The notes below the pieces were generated by a model, which was not told where the DNA came from, made no database searches, and saw only the letters and a list, made by a program, of their open reading frames with translations. Below are positions 21,457 to 27,572 of a stretch of 64,000 nucleotides of DNA, piece after piece. The translations under genes were made by a program, and so were the position numbers. The DNA is from a virus. Every line of letters begins with the position of its first letter. Position 1 is the first letter of the stretch. Where the stretch lies: IMG/VR virus record IMGVR_UViG_3300037307_000190; one strand, 5' to 3'.

Positions 21457-21923
21457 TCTGGATTGACCCCCGCTTATGGATGTCCTGCCTGCTGGCCGGC
21501 GCGTTGGCGTTCGGTGGCGGCTGGCTCAAGCGTGGATCATACGAGCACACGCAGCAACTCGCAGCCCGCGCCGAGGCCGAGGCCGAGGCGCGCAAGATCG
21601 AGGAACGCAGGAACGCACTAGCCCAACAGGAGGCCGACAATGCCCGCAAACAAGCTCAGGCCCGCGAGGCTGGTCTACGCGCCGATGCTGCTGGCGCTCG
21701 CTCTGAGCTTGACCGGCTGCGCGACACCCTCGCCGGCCTCCCCGTCGGCCCTGCCCCCGATCCCGGCGTGGCTCTTGGAGCCGCTACCGGAACAGCCGAG
21801 CTTTTCGGAGCTTGTGCAAACTCTCTTGTCCAACTGGCGGAAGACGCTGACGCCCAGCTCGCCGAGTGCCATGCCACAGTGCGCGGGCTGCAAGGGTGGG
21901 TGAGGGCGGCTACGGCGGACTAG
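21453..21923 (+). CDS. i-spanin (Rz-like, DUF2514-like), pair 2
   Basis: ATGA overlap with the upstream gene. N-terminal TM (LWMSCLLAGALAFGGGW), Ala/Glu/Arg coiled coil, and a C-terminal ELFGACANSLVQLAEDADAQLAECHATVRGLQGWV. Confidence 0.7.
   Translation: MIWIDPRLWMSCLLAGALAFGGGWLKRGSYEHTQQLAARAEAEAEARKIEERRNALAQQEADNARKQAQAREAGLRADAAGARSELDRLRDTLAGLPVGPAPDPGVALGAATGTAELFGACANSLVQLAEDADAQLAECHATVRGLQGWVRAATAD
21640..21903 (+). CDS. o-spanin (Rz1-like lipoprotein), pair 2, fully embedded
   Basis: AGGAGG then ATG. Lipobox LSLTGC. Pro-rich. Lies wholly inside 21453..21923 in another frame. Confidence 0.7.
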   Translation: MPANKLRPARLVYAPMLLALALSLTGCATPSPASPSALPPIPAWLLEPLPEQPSFSELVQTLLSNWRKTLTPSSPSAMPQCAGCKGG

Positions 21924-22198
21924 CCGCAAGTTCTGGTGCTTGCCATTGGCCGCACGGATGGTCGCACGTACTCCGCCCAGGCTCTATCTGCTCCCATGAT
22001 GCCAACGATGCGGCCGTCTATCTCGACGCCGTAGCTGCGGCAATGATGTCCAGTTGCCAGCAGACGCGCTCGCACGATCTGGCCGTGCAACGCATACTCG
22101 ATGTAGCCAACCTCGGTGCCGTGCGCTGGTAGATCGGCGCCGCCGCGTGGCTCACGCAACTCACGCTCGGCATCACGTCTGGCTCGCTGCGCCAACAT
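21920..22198 (-). CDS. hypothetical protein (92 aa), last gene of the leftward operon
   Basis: Internal ATG (M54) of track ORF 21920..22357. Its stop overlaps the stop of the convergent + gene (CTAG). Confidence 0.45.
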   Translation of the reverse strand: MLAQRARRDAERELREPRGGADLPAHGTEVGYIEYALHGQIVRARLLATGHHCRSYGVEIDGRIVGIMGADRAWAEYVRPSVRPMASTRTCG

Positions 22199-22224
22199 GC
22201 GGCGGGATGGTTTATCTTTGCAAA

Positions 22225-22503
22225 TCACTGGCGATCCGTATAACTCACGTTGGGCGGCTTGCGCACCACCACGGCCGGGCGCGGCGAAGCGCAGTCGCAA
22301 GTGGCAAGGTCCATCGCGCACGCCTCGCAGACGTTCGGTTCCGGCAACGCGCGCCAATCCTCATCGCCCAGGCGCTCCGAGAAGTCGTCGGGGCGGTAGT
22401 CATATCGCGTCCACGTCTTCCACGGGTGCAGCAGCGCGGAGTGGTGGCCCCATACGCCGCCGCGCCAGCGGCGATACCAGCGGAAATGCACAAGCAGGTT
22501 CAT
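22225..22503 (-). CDS. hypothetical protein (92 aa)
   Basis: M15 of the track ORF. ATGA overlap with the upstream gene's stop at 22500. Confidence 0.5.
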   Translation of the reverse strand: MNLLVHFRWYRRWRGGVWGHHSALLHPWKTWTRYDYRPDDFSERLGDEDWRALPEPNVCEACAMDLATCDCASPRPAVVVRKPPNVSYTDRQ

Positions 22504-22754
22504 CGGTTCCAGTCCTCCACGCAGTCGCCGCACAGCAGCTTGCATTCCGCGCTGGTGCGCGGGTCGTCGCGGTGCGGGCCGCAGTTCATCGTGCAGAGCT
22601 TCGTGCTCGGGTCAAAGGCGGCCAGCGCTGCTGGGTCGGCGCGCGGCCATTGAATCGGAGCGCACAGTGCATCGCGCTTCGGAACCAGCCGCCCAACCCC
22701 TCGCTCAACCTGACCCAAAGGGGCAGGCTGCACCTGTGCTTCGTCATGCTTCAT
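22500..22754 (-). CDS. hypothetical Cys-rich protein (84 aa); the N-terminus lies inside attC-like element L
   Basis: High GC3 from about codon 23 onward. C-terminal CTMNCGPH...CKLLCGDC. Confidence 0.5.
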   Translation of the reverse strand: MKHDEAQVQPAPLGQVERGVGRLVPKRDALCAPIQWPRADPAALAAFDPSTKLCTMNCGPHRDDPRTSAECKLLCGDCVEDWNR

Positions 22755-22792
22755 CTGCTGCCCCTTTGGTCAGGTTAGCTCGAACGTTAGGC
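22691..22792 (+). repeat. attC-like imperfect palindrome L (102 nt)
   Basis: GCCCAAC CCCTC GCT[C]AACCTGACC[C]AAAGGGGCAG[G]C ... GCTGCCCCTTTGGTCAGGTTAGC TCGAAC GTTAGGC. Spacers are 5 and 6 nt, with extra bases in the 5' arm. Confidence 0.7.
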
Positions 22793-23169
22793 GCTAGCGC
22801 TTCCATCGCGTCCATTGCTTCGTCTATTTCTTCCCACCAGCCGTGTTGCGCCCACAGCCCGAGTCCGTCGCACTCCCATTCTTCTGCTTCTGCGCGCAGC
22901 GTTTGATAGGCTTGCGCCACCTTGCGCAGCGCTTGCAACTCCGCTTCTTGTGTGTTTACCGTGCGCGCTAGCACGTCGCGTATCTTCTCGACCTCGCCTA
23001 GATCGTCCGCCAGTTTCTTGCGCCAGCGGTGGTGGTCGTCGCGCTCTTTGGCAATGACATCAACTTCGCGCCATGCAAGCGAGGCTTCCTGCAGCAGAGT
23101 CTCGCGCTCGTCCATGAGGCGGTCGTATTCGTCGCCGCTCAGGCGCACTACGTCAGCGGCGCGGCTCAC
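22744..23169 (-). CDS. hypothetical coiled-coil protein (141 aa)
   Basis: GTG start with GGAGGA upstream and a GTGA overlap with the upstream stop. The last 14 codons run into attC-like element L. Confidence 0.6.
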   Translation of the reverse strand: MSRAADVVRLSGDEYDRLMDERETLLQEASLAWREVDVIAKERDDHHRWRKKLADDLGEVEKIRDVLARTVNTQEAELQALRKVAQAYQTLRAEAEEWECDGLGLWAQHGWWEEIDEAMDAMEALAPNVRANLTKGAADEA

Positions 23170-23504
23170 GCTCTGTCCTCCGCGTCAACCTGTGCCAGCG
23201 CGTCCATGACGGCCTGAACTCGGTCATCGCGCGCCGAGATCGTGCCGTGATAGCCAAGCGGCGCCATCATGGCGTCAACGGCCTGCCGCAGTACGCGATA
23301 GGCGCGAAGCGCTTGCTGCACCTCAACTACGCGCTCCTGCCATGCAATCGCGTTTGATGGCACAAGCGCACCAAGTCTGCGCACTTCCACCACCAGATCG
23401 CGGATCACCGCGAGATAGCCGTACTCATCAGTCATGTTGATGCCGCGTTTGTCCGCCTCATCAAGCCACGTCTGCGCGCGGTTAAGTAAGTCATTTACCG
23501 CCAT
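23166..23504 (-). CDS. hypothetical protein (112 aa)
   Basis: The ATG (MAVNDLLNRAQ...) overlaps the TAA of the small TM ORF. Upstream of it, the track frame has low GC3. Confidence 0.55.
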   Translation of the reverse strand: MAVNDLLNRAQTWLDEADKRGINMTDEYGYLAVIRDLVVEVRRLGALVPSNAIAWQERVVEVQQALRAYRVLRQAVDAMMAPLGYHGTISARDDRVQAVMDALAQVDAEDRA

Positions 23505-23629
23505 GTAGTCAACCTCCCCGTCGCCCACTGCCAGAGGAACCATAGGCCGATCGCAAGCGCCGCAATGCCCACAACGATCAGCGGTAACGCCAGCAACCAC
23601 AGAACCCACAACGGTATGCTCAAGGTCAT
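23495..23629 (-). CDS. small membrane protein (44 aa)
   Basis: Hand translation gives MTLSIPLWVLWLLALPLIVVGIAALAIGLWFLWQWATGRLTTWR. GAGGTGA upstream. GC3 is higher than in the overlapping track frame. Confidence 0.5.
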   Translation of the reverse strand: MTLSIPLWVLWLLALPLIVVGIAALAIGLWFLWQWATGRLTTWR

Positions 23630-23714
23630 ACGTCACCTCATCACTTTGCACGCGCGAAGCGCGCGCCCATGTTTCCAGGCGCGCTCTCGCGGTAAATCGC
23701 TTCGCCACCATCGT

Positions 23715-23770
23715 GCCTAACACGTCATTCGATCCGACCGCCTCGCGGCGGCTCAATTCCCACGTTAGGC
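23715..23770 (+). repeat. attC-like imperfect palindrome A (56 nt)
   Basis: GCCTAAC ACGTC ATTCGATCCGACCGCC TCGC GGCGGCTCAAT TCCCAC GTTAGGC. It aligns along its whole length with the aadA1 59-be as I remember it. Confidence 0.75.
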
Positions 23771-24003
23771 ACCGGCAACCGCCTGCCTTCTCTTTGCTCA
23801 ATCTTCCGCACGGCATCAGCCCATGCTTCCGCCTCCGTCCTGCCAAGGCCAAATAGTCCACGCCTAAATGTTTCAGGCCAGTGCTCGTCGTTCAGTCGTT
23901 TTCGTTCGTCGTGGCTTATGTCCCACACGCTCCATTCGCCAGTACTTTCCTGCTCTGCGCTTGCGTGCGGGTAGCGGCTGCGTACCTTGCCTTGGTTCGT
24001 CAT
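23725..24003 (-). CDS. hypothetical protein (92 aa)
   Basis: AGGAGGG upstream of the ATG. The last 13 codons lie in attC-like element A. Confidence 0.6.
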   Translation of the reverse strand: MTNQGKVRSRYPHASAEQESTGEWSVWDISHDERKRLNDEHWPETFRRGLFGLGRTEAEAWADAVRKIEQREGRRLPVPNVGIEPPRGGRIE

Positions 24004-24019
24004 CTTCTCGCCCTCCTGT

Positions 24020-24079
24020 GCCTAACATTTCATTCAACCCGGACGCTCTACGAGCGTCCGGTTAATTCAAGCGTTAGGC
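24020..24079 (+). repeat. attC-like imperfect palindrome B (60 nt)
   Basis: GCCTAAC ATTTC ATT[C]AACC[C]GGACGCTC TAC GAGCGTCCGGTTAAT TCAAGC GTTAGGC. The 6-nt spacer TCAAGC is identical to that of the remembered aadA1 attC. Confidence 0.8.
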
Positions 24080-24304
24080 CCGTTCAAGCTGTGCAATCGC
24101 CGCATTCAGTTCATCGGCCCACGCGGCGTGTTCGCGGCTGGCTGTCGCATCAACCAATTGCCTAGCCTTACGCAGCGCAACCAGTGCAACATCCCGCGCA
24201 TCATCGCGCTCACGTTCTCGCCGCTGCGCCTCCCTGCCGTGCGCTGGGCAATCTGGGTCTTCGGCGATAAATGGCCCGCCAATCTTGTAGCACTCGCACA
24301 TCAT
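24074..24304 (-). CDS. hypothetical protein (76 aa)
   Basis: GGAGAGAG upstream. The TAA stop is the complement of TTA in the GTTAGGC box of element B. Confidence 0.6.
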   Translation of the reverse strand: MMCECYKIGGPFIAEDPDCPAHGREAQRRERERDDARDVALVALRKARQLVDATASREHAAWADELNAAIAQLERA

Positions 24305-24323
24305 CTCTCTCCGGTTACAACGA

Positions 24324-24384
24324 GCCTAACCCGTCATTCTTAGACCTGCGGATCTCCGAAAAATCTTCGCGCTGGGTGTTGACA
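24324..24384 (+). repeat. attC-like element C, left arm canonical and right arm divergent
   Basis: GCCTAAC CCGTC ATTCTTAGACC... ends at GTTGACA, whose TTGACA is the -35 box of the consensus promoter. Confidence 0.4.
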
Positions 24385-24407
24385 GGCTGCGCCTCGTGGC
24401 GTATAAT
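24379..24407 (+). promoter_or_regulatory. perfect consensus sigma70-type promoter (TTGACA-17 nt-TATAAT)
   Basis: TTGACA at 24379-24384 and TATAAT at 24402-24407, with a 17-nt spacer counted by hand. It faces the two + strand genes. Confidence 0.8.
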
Positions 24408-24461
24408 TGCGTCATCGCATCGGCACAGGGCCGAAGCGCAAACGGCAGAAAGGCCACGATC

Positions 24462-24680
24462 ATGAGCAAGTCCCAATCCCTCGAAACCAGCAACATCGCT
24501 GCCAGCGCCATCCGCCAAGCGCTCCGCCGCGAGTTCGGCGCCCGCCAGTACCGCATCACGCGCGACGGCGAAATTTACGTCTACGGCCCGATGACCAACG
24601 CCACGCACATCATCGGCTGGCGCCTGTACGGTCACGTCAGCGACCAGCAAACGCTGTGCAACCTCGGCTTGGACGCATGA
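24462..24680 (+). CDS. hypothetical protein (72 aa), first gene of a rightward 2-gene module
   Basis: M23 of track ORF 24396..24680, 54 nt downstream of the consensus promoter. Confidence 0.6.
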   Translation: MSKSQSLETSNIAASAIRQALRREFGARQYRITRDGEIYVYGPMTNATHIIGWRLYGHVSDQQTLCNLGLDA

Positions 24681-24895
24681 GCCGGCTACTACATGAGTGC
24701 GGCGAGGCTCTGTATGGGCCTCGCTGGCAGTCCGAATTGGCGCGTGACCTTGATGTAAGCATCCGCACCATGCAACGCTGGGCTGCCGGCACCACAGACG
24801 TGCCGGTCGGTCTGTACGTTGACCTACTGCGCCTGACGCAAGAGCGCGCCGCGGTGCTCGACGAACTCGCTCCACGGCTTCGCAAGGCGCCATAA
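24677..24895 (+). CDS. small HTH DNA-binding protein (72 aa, XRE/Cro-like)
   Basis: ATGA overlap with the upstream gene. ELARDLDVSIRTMQRWAAG is a helix-turn-helix pattern. The TAA stop lies in the first box of attC-like element N. Confidence 0.65.
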   Translation: MSRLLHECGEALYGPRWQSELARDLDVSIRTMQRWAAGTTDVPVGLYVDLLRLTQERAAVLDELAPRLRKAP

Positions 24896-24989
24896 CACGC
24901 CCATCGAGCTGACCCACGCCGGCAAGCAGCGTGTCGCGCGTCGGTTGCATCGTATCGGCCGGCATGTTCAGCTCATGGGCACGTTAAAA
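24890..24989 (+). repeat. attC-like imperfect palindrome N (100 nt), degenerate boxes
   Basis: CCATAAC ACGCC CAT[C]GAGCTGA... ...TTCAGCTCATG GGCAC GTTAAAA. The arms pair with an extra C in the 5' arm. Confidence 0.55.
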
Positions 24990-25186
24990 CTCATTGCGGC
25001 ACCGTCACCAACCATCTGCCCGAGCTTCCAATCGCCAATGTTCGCGCCAAAGAAAAAGTGTCTCGGTGGCGGTGGCCAGCAGCCTTTCTGCATCATCAAT
25101 GCAACGCTGTAGCTGCACAGCAGCTTCCCGTCTTGCCAGCATTCGCGGCACATCGTCGCCGGGTTGTCGTAGGTGCAAACGGCCAT
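24968..25186 (-). CDS. hypothetical Cys-containing protein (72 aa)
   Basis: Track ORF. The ATG lies 4 nt from the TTCTAAC box of element D. Confidence 0.5.
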   Translation of the reverse strand: MAVCTYDNPATMCRECWQDGKLLCSYSVALMMQKGCWPPPPRHFFFGANIGDWKLGQMVGDGAAMSFNVPMS

Positions 25187-25189
25187 GAG

Positions 25190-25261
25190 TTCTAACCCTG
25201 CGTTCCATGCGCGACAGTCCGAAGCTGCGCTTCGTCCTGCGGCCTGAACTCCACGTTAGGC
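25190..25261 (+). repeat. attC-like imperfect palindrome D (72 nt)
   Basis: TTCTAAC CCTGC GTTCCATGCGCG ... GCGGCCTGAAC TCCAC GTTAGGC. Confidence 0.55.
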
Positions 25262-25564
25262 GTCGGGGTCATCCGGGCACGCCATCCAGTAGCGCGGCTG
25301 GTGCAGCCAGTAGCCGTCCCACGTAAGGTGCCACCCCTCGGAGCCGCTGCCGCGTTTGTCGTCGGCCGCGAGCCACCGCGCTGCGTGCGGGATGTCGCTG
25401 CCGTCCATCAGCACAAGGATCGCAGTGCCGTCTTTTGGCGCGCTGCGCATGCCTTGCCACGGCCGAGCGGTTGCGCACGCTTGCGCGAACCGCCGCACCG
25501 CAGGAGTCAGCGTGCCGCCGCATCCGGTCTGCGTCATCAGCCTGTGAATCTGCGTGTCGTCCAT
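25256..25564 (-). CDS. hypothetical protein (102 aa), possibly DUF551-like
   Basis: M12 of the track ORF, with GGAGAGGAA upstream. The TAA stop is the complement of TTA in the GTTAGGC box of element D. Confidence 0.55.
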   Translation of the reverse strand: MDDTQIHRLMTQTGCGGTLTPAVRRFAQACATARPWQGMRSAPKDGTAILVLMDGSDIPHAARWLAADDKRGSGSEGWHLTWDGYWLHQPRYWMACPDDPDA

Positions 25565-25588
25565 CGTTTCCTCTCCGTTCACCGCGCC

Positions 25589-25661
25589 GCCTAACACGGC
25601 GCTGCAAGGGACCTCCTACGGCGCTGCGCGCCTTCGTCGGCCCCTGCGCTATGCGTTAGAG
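25589..25661 (+). repeat. attC-like imperfect palindrome E (73 nt)
   Basis: GCCTAAC ACGGC GC[T]GCA[A]GGG[A]CC ... GGCCCCTGCGC TATGC GTTAGAG. Confidence 0.6.
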
Positions 25662-26083
25662 CGCAGCAATTCGTGCCCGCGCCGCCATATCTCAATTTTC
25701 ATGCCGCCGCGCGCATCCAGTTTCTTGGCCTGCGCCTTCGTGACTGTCTGCGCAATTCGCCGGCAGTCCATCTCGTGGCACTGCTGCGGCTTGTCGGCTT
25801 GGCGAGTGCACCCGCCGTCGCCCAGATACACGCAATCGCCGTTCGGTTTGTGGGCCAGCATCAGCGCGCCGGCCATGTATGGGTGCGGCTCGGTATGCCA
25901 GCGGCTCGCGTCCTCGTGCGGCAGTATCCGCACCGCATCATTGTGGCAACAGGCCGTGCAGCCGTTGCATGGCACGGCGTAGAAGCCCATCGCCATTCGC
26001 ACTTGGTGCAGAGTGCGGCTGCGCTCTAACTCTGCGTTCGAGCGGACCTCCAACGGCCCGGCGAGTTCAGTGCCCATCATCAC
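25649..26083 (-). CDS. YkgJ-family CxxCxxCC zinc/iron-chelating domain protein
   Basis: CNGCTACC motif near the N-terminus and further Cys residues downstream. GGGAAGGTG upstream. The first ~29 codons lie in element F (alternative start M30 at 25996). Confidence 0.65.
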   Translation of the reverse strand: MMMGTELAGPLEVRSNAELERSRTLHQVRMAMGFYAVPCNGCTACCHNDAVRILPHEDASRWHTEPHPYMAGALMLAHKPNGDCVYLGDGGCTRQADKPQQCHEMDCRRIAQTVTKAQAKKLDARGGMKIEIWRRGHELLRSNA

Positions 26084-26125
26084 CTTCCCTGCGGGCCGTT
26101 TGGTCCGCTCACCTCTGCGTTAGAC
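26024..26125 (+). repeat. attC-like imperfect palindrome F (102 nt)
   Basis: CTCTAAC TCTGC GTT[C]GAGCGGACC[TCC]AACGGCCCG ... CGGGCCGTTTGGTCCGCTCAC CTCTGC GTTAGAC. Confidence 0.7.
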
Positions 26126-26311
26126 ATCTAGTTCGTCCAGCTTCTTTGCCGTGTCGATTGCAAACCCGGCAGCGATCAAAGCGGCCTTGAAAGCCTCGAT
26201 CATGTGGTCGAGCCCACCGTCGCCTGAAAGCGAAACCATTGCATGCTGCTTACTTCCGTGTGGGTAAGTCCCGCTGATCGTGATTTCAACCATGTGCGTC
26301 AGTTCGTCCAT
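26120..26311 (-). CDS. hypothetical protein (63 aa)
   Basis: GGAG upstream. The TAA stop is the complement of TTA in the GTTAGAC box of element F. Confidence 0.55.
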   Translation of the reverse strand: MDELTHMVEITISGTYPHGSKQHAMVSLSGDGGLDHMIEAFKAALIAAGFAIDTAKKLDELDV

Positions 26312-26324
26312 CTCAATACTCCAT

Positions 26325-26387
26325 GCCTAACATTTGCGTCAACGCGTACGCTTCGCAAGCTCAGCGCCGGTTACGCCAGCGCTAGGC
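26325..26387 (+). repeat. attC-like imperfect palindrome G (63 nt)
   Basis: GCCTAAC ATTTG CGT[C]AACGCGTACGC ... GCGCCGGTTACGC CAGC GCTAGGC. Confidence 0.6.
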
Positions 26388-26591
26388 CTTACGCGGGCGC
26401 CTGAAAACCCACCACTGCTGCGGCGTCTCTTTGCCGTGCCAGTGAGTCGCGCCGTAGCTGACGAACTCCCATCCCTGTGCGTCCATGTCGTTCAGCCACC
26501 ATTCCATTTGCCCGTAGTCCATCATGTGGCTCGTGGCATCTGGCGGCAGCATCGGTCGCGTCACCCGGTATTCGAACTTCGCCATTGTCAT
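26382..26591 (-). CDS. DUF4177-like small protein (67-69 aa)
   Basis: The FEYRV....LNDMDAQGWEFVS....VFRRP pattern matches the family (recollection). The TAG stop occupies positions 2-4 of the GCTAGGC box of element G. Confidence 0.6.
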   Translation of the reverse strand: MTMAKFEYRVTRPMLPPDATSHMMDYGQMEWWLNDMDAQGWEFVSYGATHWHGKETPQQWWVFRRPRKA

Positions 26592-27007
26592 CCTTTCCGG
26601 CCATCAGGCCTAACAGGTCGCTCAGCCAGCAGCCGCTGCTCGTCGCGTGCCGCTGGGCGCAACTCAGCTCGAACGTTGGCGCTTTCACGCTCCGGCCTGC
26701 ACTCGTGCGCGTGACACACGCCGCATAGGAACCAAGGGTCGCCCAGCGGGCCGTTATGCGTGAACTGCCACTTGTGGCCGATCCTGCCGCAAGCATCGCG
26801 CATGTCCTTCAGGTTTGGGCAGTAGTAGCTCTGGTCGAAGTCACGCATCAGCTCGCGCATAACGTCCCGGCGCTCCTTCTCAATGCCGCGCACGGCGTTG
26901 GCAATCTCGCTGTGCGTTGCCAACTCGCGCGCATCCACCACGCGCCTAACACGCCGGTCGAGCCGACATTCGTCGGCGGCCGGCATCGTCCTGCTTTGGT
27001 CACTCAT
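26588..27007 (-). CDS. hypothetical Cys/His-rich protein (139 aa); the start lies in element I and the tail reads through element H
   Basis: AAGGAGG upstream of the ATG. GC3 drops over the last ~30 codons. Confidence 0.55.
   Translation of the reverse strand: MSDQSRTMPAADECRLDRRVRRVVDARELATHSEIANAVRGIEKERRDVMRELMRDFDQSYYCPNLKDMRDACGRIGHKWQFTHNGPLGDPWFLCGVCHAHECRPERESANVRAELRPAARDEQRLLAERPVRPDGRKG
26608..26681 (+). repeat. attC-like imperfect palindrome H (74 nt)
   Basis: GCCTAAC AGGTC GCTCAGCCAGC ... CAACTCAGC TCGAAC GTTGGCG. Its right end matches element L except for one missing A in the last box. Confidence 0.55.
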
Positions 27008-27042
27008 CAGCGCCTCCTTGTCGGCTCACCAGCACGTTAGGC
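26943..27042 (+). repeat. attC-like imperfect palindrome I (100 nt)
   Basis: GCCTAAC ACGCC GGT[C]GAGCCGACA ... TGTCGGCTCACC AGCAC GTTAGGC. Confidence 0.7.
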
Positions 27043-27059
27043 GTCACAAATCCAACCGG

Positions 27060-27167
27060 TCAATTTCGCAACCTTGCCACAGTCAGCACGTCATTCGCGG
27101 GGTTCACTTTGTGGTCGGTCAGTTCACGCATTTGCGCTCCAAGGTTGTGCCGCCGCGTGTCACTCAT
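27060..27167 (-). CDS. micro-ORF (35 aa) overlapping the end of the upstream gene
   Basis: Hand translation gives MSDTRRHNLGAQMRELTDHKVNPANDVLTVARLRN. The ATG lies inside TATGAGTGA at the end of 27160..27531. Confidence 0.3.
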   Translation of the reverse strand: MSDTRRHNLGAQMRELTDHKVNPANDVLTVARLRN

Positions 27168-27531
27168 ACAGACCCCCAATCGTCTTCTCTACCACCTTGG
27201 CGGCCGCCGGGTCATGCTTGGCCTGTGATCGCAGCATCTGGTGCGTCAGCTTCACCCACATTTCCTCGACCTCTCTATAGACCTCGTCGTCGTGCTTCGC
27301 GAACATCCGGCGCTGGTCGTGCTGCGTATGGCACCCAGCCTTGCCGACTCGATCCACGCACAACGGGAACGCTTGACGATCATCGGCCTTCACGCCCTTT
27401 CCTTTACCGGTGTTGGCGTGCGCGTGGTTCGAGTAGCCGTGAACACCGCATGAGACACACGGCAGCGCGGCCACCAGCCGTCGGTAGGGCTCGCTGCGCA
27501 CGGGCTTGATCTTCGGGAAGCTGGGCATCAT
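27160..27531 (-). CDS. Zn-finger/HNH-like prophage protein (DUF968-like)
   Basis: YRRLVAALPCVSCG...HAHANTGKGKGVKADDRQAFPLC...CHTQHD. Family assignment is from memory. Confidence 0.5.
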   Translation of the reverse strand: MMPSFPKIKPVRSEPYRRLVAALPCVSCGVHGYSNHAHANTGKGKGVKADDRQAFPLCVDRVGKAGCHTQHDQRRMFAKHDDEVYREVEEMWVKLTHQMLRSQAKHDPAAAKVVEKTIGGLYE

Positions 27532-27572
27532 CGAGCGGATCTAGGCTGCATTGTTTCTCGCCAAAAGTTGAT

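Noticed and set aside
21920-21923. Convergent + and - operons meet with overlapping stop codons (CTAG) and no terminator.
   Set aside because: It is real in the sequence but probably just compact phage gene packing. Noted only as context.
22192-22255. Possible additional attC-like element (GCGCCAAC ... GTTGGGC) at the left end of the array.
   Set aside because: The boxes are degenerate and I could not pair the arms. Not counted.
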